The notes beneath the pieces are model-generated. The model was not told the DNA's origin. It did no database searches and saw only the letters and a program-made list of their open reading frames with translations. A program made the translations under genes and the position numbers. From Tetramitus jugosus (taxonomy: Eukaryota; Protista; Heterolobosea), in the NCBI GenBank assembly GCA_937625935.1, contig OW569348.1, forward strand, positions 609,396 through 673,395: 64,000 nucleotides of DNA, in the 5' to 3' direction. Position 1 is the first letter of the stretch. Every line of letters begins with the position of its first letter. This document shows positions 50,401-60,278 of this stretch, piece by piece.

Positions 50401-51158
50401 AACTCGTGCACAGTAATGATCTGATTTGTCAGTCAAAGGATGAGATGTTAATACCAACGCAACTTATAGAGCCATCGATTAAGGCTATCAAAAAGGAAAC
50501 GAATTCTTATCCTTTCCAACCTCCCGTTATCATCCAAGAATCACAAGGTACTCTGTCTCAGAGGTTAAAGAAAGATTCACAAATGAATTCATTTCTTCGC
50601 TGCATATCATGTGATATGATTATTGTACAGCAGAAGCCAGAGTATGCACAACATGAACTAAAATTGAGACGAGATTTGCTGTTTCCCTATTTACAACGAA
50701 TTAGAGTGGCCATCAGCCGAACAACTGATTTCAAGCTTTTCCAAATTCCGGCAACGATGAAAAATAGGACTTGTCCCTTCAAAGTAATTGTTACGAATAT
50801 TGTTTCATCCACATTCATCGACCAAACGGCACTGGCGCAAGACATAGTTGTGATTAATGGTGTCACTATCGAGACGTTCTCTCGCGCTAATATTGTTCAT
50901 AATAACACGAATTGTACGGTTCATTCTGGATGGAGTGATGATGGAATGACTTATGAACTATTGTTTTGTAGGAGCTGCAAGAAGAATATCGTGGGCGTTT
51001 TTGTGAAATCAACAGATGCTGCGCACATGAATCATATCAATGAACTCTTTATATTTCCCGAGAGAGTGATCATAGAGAGTGGCAGTCCAGTATCTCTGAC
51101 AGATGAAAGTCAGGCGTCCTTTAGTCAGATGGTAGTTCCTGTATCGTTTAATATTTAA
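47481..51158 (+). CDS. BRIP1: FANCJ/BRIP1-type Fe-S DEAH DNA helicase
   Basis: LLESPTGTGKSLSLLCS, YFASRTHSQIKQVVRELKKTPY, Fe-S cysteines (QYCIH, CMKL, CRYY, CPYF), LDEAHNIED, FWCMNPAVAF, CRGKVSEGID, RAVNQAIGRCLRHKYDYG. RTEL1 is the alternative call. Confidence 0.85.
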   Translation: MHKKEVICIDDDEEECEEVFDTTTKRQQSISSFVVRVKRNAENKKKRDANKGKAHLKPSSVIDVDDESTTPPSSSRRTVNQSQPTTTTTIHICDHQVHFPYTPYESQVLFMTKIIETLSHEIGTSKHALLESPTGTGKSLSLLCSTLSWQESFKAKKIQEWREWYDNTGSVHSVGVSSVGSIFEVIPSISSNKRKLRVVSDSSSSSSQHQTNNIIEQPMKKLKYNEKDEIVLGGESLPLPIDVAQTISGQDKAKNAEMSAQKIEASSIISLMRRGFHHKAEQQILQSSIFNTGRKKGDSKSSVVPIIYFASRTHSQIKQVVRELKKTPYQPDMVVLGSRDQYCIHSEVRKSNKKNEDCMKLVETSNCRYYRNHEGLAEDSALLADGPLHIFDIEDLVELGTRKKACPYFASHDILERAELVFCPYNYLIEPIIREAMGIELQNSIIVLDEAHNIEDVCRDAASATIRMDDILDAIEEFKILLGAKIRVDIHSNMITLLNKLVSWISACESRMVASQPDTQVHILRSKGLLIDMFRQLGMSEEVQNKSDVPFCKSGLYLCFLQVLQYANIPKTKKDDPHVLSAKTQIMLENIFYTFEFMLRGNMKYLSDYVVTTMKKQNKFRTGAKSASRYSKSRITTEWEVSINFWCMNPAVAFEDLKTKCHSVLLTSGTLSPLSSFSSELDTPFSTIYEAPHVVDLNRQVWVGQISTGPDNTRMNASYSEASSVRFQDSLGKLIYDFCSAVQYGVLLFFPSYNLMDKLAERWEKTGMMKKIKLIKKVFSEPRANNDKAKESSFSVQMDNFYECVERDGALFLAVCRGKVSEGIDLKDNYCRAVLVVGIPFPNVKDPIVAEKRRYNDEQMRQRPNRINGQTWYTQQAYRAVNQAIGRCLRHKYDYGAIVLIDERYREQNSINNLSKWVKCSVKRFDSHADSLLSLKQFFQDIMNDPILPPSSVNTIIPELVDSNVEDNDCAPTQLVHSNDLICQSKDEMLIPTQLIEPSIKAIKKETNSYPFQPPVIIQESQGTLSQRLKKDSQMNSFLRCISCDMIIVQQKPEYAQHELKLRRDLLFPYLQRIRVAISRTTDFKLFQIPATMKNRTCPFKVIVTNIVSSTFIDQTALAQDIVVINGVTIETFSRANIVHNNTNCTVHSGWSDDGMTYELLFCRSCKKNIVGVFVKSTDAAHMNHINELFIFPERVIIESGSPVSLTDESQASFSQMVVPVSFNI

Positions 51159-51211
51159 GTTGGTTGCTCAGTGGAGTGTCAAATCACAATTACGTCTGTC
51201 GAATAAAGGTA

Positions 51212-53870
51212 TCAACAATTAATCCTCATAGATTCATTCAATTTTCGATGCATACTCTTCACTAAGATTATCTCAGTTATTACACCACAACCCGTCACAT
51301 TTGTGAAGGAAGATAAAGTACTCGCGCTGTTTATCCTTCCTATGAGAGTCTTTGCGCCATTATCAGGGGACATCGCATCGATAACAACTGAAAGTAACAT
51401 CTAATAATGAATTTAGGTTTGTAGTTCATATCGCTGCTCGTGAAATGGGGAAAGTCCAATTGCAAGAGATTATTGGTCATCAAATAAGCCTCCACTTCTT
51501 CGGTACCTATTTCTGCAGATGGTTTAGCTTCCTTTCCAACTAAATTCTTAGAACCAAATTTTCCAATATCTTGTCCCACACAACTAAACAACAATTGTTC
51601 CCTCAATATAGCTTGTTGTAGATACAATTGACTATCTTTTAGTCCTTCAATAACCAAGTCGAAGTTTTGAGCGTACCCTGCTTGGGCAGTATCTCGAAGA
51701 AAGTGGATTCGAGGTTCTCGTTATTAAATGAAAACTTATTTCCTTGACATTCGGCATAATGACATACAGTGAAGAACGATCTCTCAATCATTTCCTTCAC
51801 AGTTGGTGCTGTTCCTACTACTTGTTCTAATGTACATAGTGAAGAGCTAAACGTGTATATGATCTCATCATCGATTCGATTTCCAAGAAATTTCTCAGCT
51901 CTCATCATATCTTTCAAGTTTTCTGTTTTGTTCGTGACCTTCTCGGAGGACCATAATAAATCATGAGTCTTCTCTCCTGAACAAAATCTTCCAGATTTCC
52001 ATTGCTAATCTCTAGACCAAGTACATTCTAATGATCTCTAGCTGTGGTTCCCATTCATGATCCATTCCAGGTCATACAAGAAGTCAACAGCTGAAGTCCG
52101 GATAAGATACTTTACACATTTCAAAATGATTTACTGTAACTGTGACAATCTTTCTTTTGATCAATTGTTATCCCACTTACACAAATGATGGATGAGGAGA
52201 GACCATGGAGGGAACATATCGTCGATTGGTAAGAATGGTGAAAAGCAATTAACTATTTCATCATAAAGCTGTCGAGAGATAGTCACCTTAAACCAGTGGC
52301 CCCCTACGCGGTATGGTGGTCTGCAATCGGAAAGTAATTGTTTCACTTCTTTCTCTTGAAGAGAATGGACTCGACGTAGAATACCAATTAAATAATTAGA
52401 TCTGGAATTTCCAATAACTCCATTTTCGTATAATCCATGAGTCCACTCCGCTATTGTTCCATATCCGTCGGCATAAATCCACTGAACATTGATCGTAACT
52501 GGCGGAATTGCACCAGATTCCGAGAAACATCTATCATCAAAACCTGCAGCTCCTAGTACCACACACTCACAGTATCTAGTAATAAATTGAACTACATCAT
52601 CTGTTCGTCTTAGATCAACAAATAGTGCTTCTGGCAAAGGTACTTCATAGATACAAACTCCATGTGGTGTTAGATGTATACTGTTATCACACTTGCCTGG
52701 AAACTCAATACTAATAATTAATAATTTCTCCGGAATATGTCCAGTTGTTTTGTGGAACAAATACGCATAAATAGCAAGTTGTAAAGCATATTTTGCATCA
52801 ATATGGCCTCGAATGCCAGTTTTCACATCTGCCAGAACAAATCCAGTAGCGCTACTGATGATAATATCAATGGAACCAACTAATTTGCGCAACTGTGCGA
52901 CTCCCTCCTTATAATATTTAACATTAATGTCGTCAGACCATACTCCGTATTCAATGGCACAGGGTCTCAGATTCAATTGGGCCAACAGCTGGTACACATC
53001 CTCTCCCAAACCTTTATCTAGCACATCAATTTCAACAGGTTTCTGATAAGCGTTTAAGGCGTGCTTTTTGAGTAATACCTGGTATACCAGATTCTCACAA
53101 AGTGTCCCTAACTCGAGTGGTCTGCCGACAAGCTCCTGCATTTCGAAAGGAACCTGAAGATTGTCACCATTTCCCTCCAAGTCAGCAACTAGTTCACTCA
53201 TTACATTCCAATCGTTAATTCTGCTGCCATCATCTTCATGTCCTTCCAAGTGGACTTAATGTGGAAGGTTCTGTTCAACATATTTATTCACTCCGATATA
53301 TGGAACTGTACAACCAATGAAACTATTCTTGACCAAAGATAGAGCATCCGGCTTTGCAGTCCGTAGGATGGCTTGATTCGTATCATTCATTTCAATATTG
53401 TGATAGAGACTTTTGTTGGTTTTCGAATTTGCGGTTGGACAATATCTCGAGTAAATCGTGAAATTCATCTTCATCATTAACTTCAGTTCCCTGGAATATC
53501 GCAACGAAAGTAGTAAATATGTTGCCATTTCTCCATTGAGCGTTCTGATATCGAATGAACCGAACAAGATCAGTCCAGACGTTAAATGACTCACAATAAA
53601 CTTTGTTATATTGTGTGTCATCTTGTGAACCCGGTTGAAAACAAGAGAGCAATCCGTGCCTTTAAATTGCTCCAAGGTGTCGAAACCACCAGAGTGATAC
53701 TTAAAGTGGGTCAGATCGAGAACTTTTCCTCCAATAACAACGAGCAATCTTCCTTTCTTGCATTCTGTCTCGATATCTTCCATGGTCCTGGATGAATTTT
53801 TTTGCCCACATGAAATTGTTGGGTCCCAACAAAGATGCGATGAACTTGAGGACGCTGGACCATATGACAA
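51212..53870 (-). pseudogene. Decayed gene: cytochrome b5-like domain + PD-(D/E)xK (RecB/Cas4-like) nuclease + unknown C-terminal region
   Basis: b5: LLVVIGGKVLDLTHFKYHSGG...FKGTDCSLVFNRVH. Nuclease: AIEY...LVGSIDII...LADVKTG...YALQLAIY. ORFs 53256-53870, 52161-53249 and 51639-51917 share one frame broken by stops; frameshifts follow. Confidence 0.7.
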
Positions 53871-53876
53871 GGAGTA

Positions 53877-54262
53877 TCATTTTTGTTCTTGTGCAGCACA
53901 GTTGTGGCCATATCCTTTTGCCAGTCCAACACCACTAACAACAATCTCTCCCTGATCTGCCAGTTGTTGGAATTCGTCAACAAGATAAACTTTCATACCG
54001 TTAATTGGTTGACCAATTGGAATTGCTCCTCGATGTACATCGCTCATTGTAACTCTATGAAATGTAAGATCAGAAGATACTTCACTTGACCCATAGACGT
54101 TGAGGAGTGTAACACTGGCTGATAAAGATAGATACTGTCTGCTTAGTTGCAATGATAGGGCCTCTCCACTCGATTCCCAATGGTTAAGATGAGGTAAAAC
54201 TCTTGGTAGATCATACATGTTAAAGAGTGTATCTAACACAGAAGGAACAGTTGCCAGTCGAT
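53877..54262 (-). pseudogene. Inverted fragment of an NRPS adenylation domain (motifs A5-A6)
   Basis: RLATVPSVL...SSGEAL...LLNVYGSSEV...IPIGQPI...GEIVVSGVGLAKGY. Confidence 0.85.
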
Positions 54263-55902
54263 GTGACAGAACACTTAATCCTTTCGCATTGGGACATGTT
54301 TAGCGAGTGCGAAGAGCGGAATCTGGAGCTGTCAATAGATACATCATCATCTGCCTACCTCATATTTACATCAGGTAGCAGCGGCAAGCAAAAGTGTACT
54401 ATTGGAACACACATTGGTGTGATAAACCGTAGAGTGTCAATATGATACATGTTCGGCCTTTTCTCGGATGTACAAGATGGGTGATTTTGGCAAGAGACTC
54501 AAAAACGGTGATTTGGTGTATCTAGGGAGACTTGATAACCAAGTAAAGATTCGAGGAATGCTCGTTGACTTAGAAGAAGTTGAAATCTTGATCGAGAAGT
54601 GCCCTGGTGTGACGAAGTGTGTCACAAAGTTTTGGAGGGAATCAGATTCTTTTGGCTTTTTGGTTGCATATCTCACTCTGAGCCAAACTCAATTCGAAAT
54701 ACAGGATATTCCACTCTTTCTGAAAGATAAATTGATGGATTACATGATTCCCAGTAAGTATGTGGTGCTAGATCAGCTACCTCTGAATTGCAATGGAAAC
54801 ATTGATCGATCGCAACTCGATAAACCAATCATCACCGTCAATAGTGACTATTCGAATGAAGTTGAGTCAGATTTGTGTGAGACTATCAATCAAATATTGG
54901 GTATTTAAGTAGACCTGATGACGAAATTGATTCTCTTGGCATAAGTTCGTTGAACATTTCCTTGATTAGTATGAAGTTGAAAAAGGATAAGGGCATCATT
55001 GTTTCTCATCGCGATTTCATTCTCTCTTTTACTCTTAGAGATCTTGCAACAAAAGTGGTGCATTTTGCTGAAGCTGGAGATCATGCAGATTCATATCATA
55101 CAGGTATTGAAAGCCCGCAACAAGATAGGCTCCATATTCCTTCAGATATACACTCTTGGCCAAATCAATTTCCTGTAGTTGATCTCCATTCAGGTATCTC
55201 ATTCGACTATTATGATGAGAATGATATGGATGAAGTTTCTCTATTTGCTGCAACAATTTATGAAACTGAGGAACCACTTGCAAATTTCTTGAGACTATCA
55301 GCTGCAGAGACACTATATTTCTTCACTCCTTTCTTCATGGAGGTTCCCAACCACAACTTGTCGATAATTGCCAAATTGAATGGTAAAGTCGTAGGTTGTT
55401 CTCTTGCGATTGATAATTACAACATTGTTAGTTAGCTTCTCCAGGGAATCCAATTGATCCTATTTGGATTGAAAGACACGCTCCAGTGTTTGAAGTGTTG
55501 GACAAGGCGATGGAGGGTTATCAACGAATCGAACAGCATGGCATTGTTATGTATCAATCTTTCACTGCAATTGATCCAGAAGTATCAAAGTATGGCGTGG
55601 GCGTAATTTTAGAGAAATTAAGTATTGTTCTGGGAAAAAAAGCAGGATTCCAAAAGGCCATCGCAGAGTGCTCCACACTCTTCACACGTATCCTTTGCTA
55701 ACAGAATGGTTACAAATTTGGACCTCTCGTTAAATATGATCCATTCATTGATTCAAAAGGAGGTAGACCGTTCAAAGGCTTACCTGGGGGTGTCGTCCTT
55801 GCTCAGCTTGATTTGACGACAACTGAGGACGACATCTCCAATCATTACTTTCCCCAATCGAAAGCGAAATTTGCACAAACACTGTTGGGGAAGGCACATT
55901 GA
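54257..55902 (+). pseudogene. Ebony-like NRPS remnant: A domain (A3, A7-A10), carrier domain, arylalkylamine N-acetyltransferase-like GNAT domain
   Basis: AYLIFTSGSSGKQK; MYKMGDFG, YLGRLDNQVKIRG, LPLNCNGNIDR; LGISSL; EEPL...GKVVGCSL...GFQKAIAECS...GYK...KYDPFIDSKGGRPF. Frameshifts or stops near 54430, 54908, 55435 and 55700. Confidence 0.75.
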
Positions 55903-56310
55903 AAAAACCGAAGCTCTCACAGAAGATACAGTTGAATCAAGGAACTTCTGTTGTTAAGTGCTTCGTAATTCCTTATATTAAGGGGGCCCAGCTCTGATGT
56001 TCCTCGAGATTTGATTGAAGTAATGAAGAAGGAGGTAGGAGATATTCAATCCACATGGATTCGTGCATGTTAAATTTTATTAAAGAAGCAACTCTGTATC
56101 GTTTCTGAATCCAGGTGTATCGATCGCAAAGCCGCAATTGCAGATTGTTGGTTCTTGCTGTGATAACGGGCTATCTTTTGTTATCGTTTTACTTGGAGTG
56201 GATAATCCAACTGTCTTGGATATGAAATTTGATTGATTCTCTTCATTGTTTTTGAGCTAAAGTAAGACCATTAAGATTGTGGATAATATTATGTATTCAA
56301 TCCTTTGTCT

Positions 56311-58101
56311 TTAATCTTTGGAAAACCCAAGTGTTCGTGTGATGTTCTTGGCCATGAGGACATCCATCATCTTTCGAGCAAAGAATTTCGTTCCAGATTG
56401 CGCAAACTTTACAACTTCCTCTCGGTATTGGTCCGTGATTGGCATCGGACTACCTCTTCCATGAACCCATTTCAGGTATGTCAAATTATCCTTAACATTC
56501 ACTAAGTTAGGCAGGATTGTTCGAGTTCCGTCCACCATGAGGACAGGTGCTGATGAATTACCGCTGTGCAAGGTGGTAAATGTGTGTGTAATGCTTGAAA
56601 AGTACAATTCATCAGGAATAATGGAGTACTTGAATTTAAACAATGTGTTCAAAGCAGTAACACTACTCAACATCAACCTCCATTGAACATTGGACCAAAT
56701 CTTCCATTGAGAACCTCCAATGGCTATGATATCTCGAGAATCAAACACTTCACTCAAAACATCAAGTGAGGTACACGAGTACGTGACATACTTGTATCTC
56801 TCATTGGGTTTCGGGTAATCAGCAGATACAAATGTTTGGAATACTGATGACCGATTCCGTAAAAATTGAGAGAATTGATTGGTAGACGTCAATGGGAAAT
56901 GCGCCTCTGATAAATTGACTTCGTGACTCCAGTCTGTCATTCCGTTGAGAAAACTGTAAAGGACAGGAATAATGTTCATGTACACAAGTGTAATATGCGC
57001 TCTATAACTTTTAAACGAAAGATGTTGAGGAACCATCCAAATGTTGGTCACTTCACTATTGTCGAGTCGTAGTCTCTCAACCATATCTTCCACCTGTTTT
57101 CGGCAATTGTTCATGTTCTCTGATAAAAACAACACAAAGTAATGATCTTTGGAGTACATTACATTCAACATGTATTCAATGACATCCAATGCCCCACATT
57201 TGCTAAACATGAACGTGTAAAGCACTTTACCTAGAATTATGGATTTTCCATTGAACCAATCACTTCTAGTCATGTCTCCAGTTAGCAATGGCTCTGTTGA
57301 ATCATAAAACAGCTTTTGATTATAGGTCAACAGTAAATGAATCGTTGAGAGATCTAAATCATTCCATCCAGTGTTGTTCAAAGCGAGATCAAGGAAATAT
57401 TGATCTACTGGATTCTCTGTTGTCAATTCGTCCTTAGGAATGGTTTGATTAATTTCTAATAGGGGTACCAATACTCCACCATGATATCGATTATGAAGGT
57501 ACCTACTGAACAGTTTCTCCATTTTGTTTCGATGTTTTACGTTGGTTTCGTTTGTTAATTTGGCAAATTCAACGTTGTGCCATCCATAAGTGCAACGAGC
57601 CATTTGAAACTGTGGAATCTTCAATTCTTGATTGCTCTTCGCACAACCATGTTGATCATAGCCTCTTGGACAAGCACAGTAATATTCACTGCTTCTTTCA
57701 AAGCTACTGTTCGATGCTTGTCGTAGACTTGGAGACCAAATGTTCAAAAAACCCTTGGGAGACTTCCATAACAATAAACCAAAAGCACATGAATTCTCAT
57801 GTATGATTCTTGGTGGATAAATCTTGGACTTTGAAGGTTGTTGCTGTTCTTTCACAATTTGTTGTTTTTCTGTGTTCACCACCACCTTTGGAGCCTTTGC
57901 AGATCCATGGATTGGTGAATAGCTTGTGGCAGGTTCTACGACCTTATGGACTATTGTGGTGTCTTGCCGTGGGGGAGCATGAGAAATTGAGAGCAGAAAG
58001 AAATAGGATGAGACAGAGAGGGTCAAGATGGCAACCAACCATTTTTTATTCTTGTCAGAGCTCCACATGTGTGTTAGGTTTTGTTTAATGTGTGACCACA
58101 T
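56311..58101 (-). CDS. Glycosyltransferase family 14 (core-2/I-branching, xylosyltransferase-like), type II membrane
   Basis: N-terminal TM; DWSHEVNLSEAHFPL, GGSQWKIWS, IPDELYF, NLTYLKW, FFARK; intact intronless 596-aa ORF. Confidence 0.8.
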   Translation of the reverse strand: MWSHIKQNLTHMWSSDKNKKWLVAILTLSVSSYFFLLSISHAPPRQDTTIVHKVVEPATSYSPIHGSAKAPKVVVNTEKQQIVKEQQQPSKSKIYPPRIIHENSCAFGLLLWKSPKGFLNIWSPSLRQASNSSFERSSEYYCACPRGYDQHGCAKSNQELKIPQFQMARCTYGWHNVEFAKLTNETNVKHRNKMEKLFSRYLHNRYHGGVLVPLLEINQTIPKDELTTENPVDQYFLDLALNNTGWNDLDLSTIHLLLTYNQKLFYDSTEPLLTGDMTRSDWFNGKSIILGKVLYTFMFSKCGALDVIEYMLNVMYSKDHYFVLFLSENMNNCRKQVEDMVERLRLDNSEVTNIWMVPQHLSFKSYRAHITLVYMNIIPVLYSFLNGMTDWSHEVNLSEAHFPLTSTNQFSQFLRNRSSVFQTFVSADYPKPNERYKYVTYSCTSLDVLSEVFDSRDIIAIGGSQWKIWSNVQWRLMLSSVTALNTLFKFKYSIIPDELYFSSITHTFTTLHSGNSSAPVLMVDGTRTILPNLVNVKDNLTYLKWVHGRGSPMPITDQYREEVVKFAQSGTKFFARKMMDVLMAKNITRTLGFSKD

Positions 58102-58519
58102 GATGCTGTCCGAAAATGACAGAGCATTCAGGGTGGAGGTTAGAGAACGAACGGCCGATGTTTGCTAAAGGAGGATAGTTGTTTGAGAGATCTTTAATGT
58201 GATAGTGTCAAGAATCACCAGAAGGTATCCTTTTTAGGAGTCCTCCGAACCGACGGCCGAATACCCGGAGAAAGAAGGACTTCGGAGTTTTCTCAGATTA
58301 AATTCCACAAGCAACAAGATATAAAAGTCTTTTATTGAGGAATACGGTGCTGTGCCTTGACGGCTAATGAGTGCGACAGAGTCGCACCCCGTATCATCTC
58401 ATGATTTGGTTTGTGGTTATGGTCCCTTTAGGAGGGGGTAATGGATTGGTAGTGTTGTATGCATCTTTTGTAGGCGGTGTAAATGAACCAGGCTAGGTGC
58501 TTGGAGATGTTGTCTAGCG

Positions 58520-60140
58520 TATGAGTGATGAGCGCATTGGTGCCTTTGGTTGATAGAGCCTCCTTGACACTTACATCCACAAGCAACAAGAATGCAGGTA
58601 CTACCGTTTTGTTGGGTTGTACACAATTCACAATACATGCTCAAGACTTTTGATCCATGGTTTTTCCACCCACATCGGTCCAGTATTGAACAAGAAGCGT
58701 GTGTCACTTCCCCTCACTATGGATCGTGCGAGGGGTGATTTTCGATTGGTCCTCAAGGGCACGTCAGAGGATCTGAAAGTGTTGACCGAAGCAGTGCGAG
58801 CTAGTATGATGAAGATTAGTCTTGTATCTCCACTCGACGGAGGCCTCTCCAAGATGACCTTGCATCGTGATCCAATGTTGCAACATCGCAAACTCACATG
58901 ACCAAACTTGCCACTCTGCTTGGATGCAGCTTGGACACCTTGTTGTGTCTGCTTCGAGTGGAAACTGATTTGGACTTCGTGTTTGACCTGTTTCAAAAGT
59001 CACAAAAATGGCACCATGAAGTAAAGAGCGAAAATGGTCAAGAAGGAAGCACCCATGATGCAACTGGCGTTCGTCATCAAACCAATTGTTAAAGTGAGAA
59101 AGATTGTCAAGGCTGCTGGATGTGGCACAGAGCAAGAGATCTCTGATGTGCAATCGAATGAAAAGATGATTGTCACATGCAGCACCATCAAGAGTTTGAG
59201 AGAGCTCACCCCTTGTGTGAGGGCAATCCTCTCATTGTCTTCCAGTCGATGAATGCAGAGTTGTCTCAGCTGATGATTGAGGAGATTCGCAAGCCAGAGG
59301 TGTGGGATGTCTGGAGAGTACCGTGATCAAGTGGCTGGTTTGATGGAGATTCTCTTCTTCATTCCTCTGTCAAGAGACAAGCTCAATTCACTCTACAAGC
59401 AAATCAGTGACTTCAGGAACAAGAAGGCCTTGCTATACAATAATGAGGAAAACGGCACTGCCTACTACTTGCGTTACACAAACCTTGAACTTCGCTATGG
59501 TGAGCTCTATGTCAAGCAAAACAAGATTGGTTCCTGAAAAAGGTGCTCATGAAGCTCAGACTGATGAAGCAACAAAAACCTGAACTGACAGTGCACGACA
59601 TTGTGACTCCGATTGACGAATTCTTCATGAGACAAGACCCGTGTCGAACCACTTTCTGAGGCTCGTGTCTTGTTCAACTCTTTCAAGCAGTGGTACGAGG
59701 GTGACTACTTGCCATGGAAGCAAAGTGGTAAAAGAGGAAAGATGAAGTTGGATGTGCTGTATGTGCCTGCTATGGTGAGTCGCTTCATTACAAGCATGCT
59801 GCACATCAAGCAATACCTGTTGCAGCTGCACAATGGACAACAAGAAGGTGTCGAACAAGAGTTGGATGAATTCTTGGACCTGCTTGACACTTGCAATGGT
59901 TCACTGTCACACACATTGGTCGAGTTGACAATGGCTGGTTGTGGCAAGGATGGCTGTATCGAAGAAGACGTCAATGCGGTCATTGATTCCTTTTGCATTG
60001 GCAAGATGAGAGAGAGAGTCATGAACGGCAAACCACTCTACTCCTTCGATGTCAAGGACAAGTTGGACAAGTTGAACACCAAGACTGGACTGCCTTTTGG
60101 CTATGGCGAGCTCACAATAAAATTTTGTCACCGGCCATAA
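58520..60140 (+). pseudogene. Decayed protein-coding sequence of unknown family
   Basis: Chain of same-strand ORF pieces (58617-58901, 58898-59092, 59034-59252, 59277-59537, 59670-60140) with protein-like composition, linked by stops and frameshifts. Confidence 0.55.
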
Positions 60141-60278
60141 TTTTTGGAGAAATGGGTCCTGACTGTTTGGATGAGGTGACTCAAATCTTGTCCTTTCTTC
60201 CGGACAGTTGCAACCCATTGTCTATGGCAATGGACACTTGTCTTTTCTGCTTGGTCCATTGACAGACTTTGATATGCA

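Noticed and set aside
51212-55902. Stop-codon reassignment or ciliate-style programmed gene unscrambling
   Set aside because: All three stops terminate intact genes elsewhere in the window. This region also has frameshifts and damaged catalytic motifs, and pieces of the A domain are missing, so decay is the simpler explanation.
58371-58402. Helitron 3' end (GC hairpin plus short tail)
   Set aside because: The hairpin is followed by CTCAT rather than CTRR-T, and no Rep/helicase remnant is visible.
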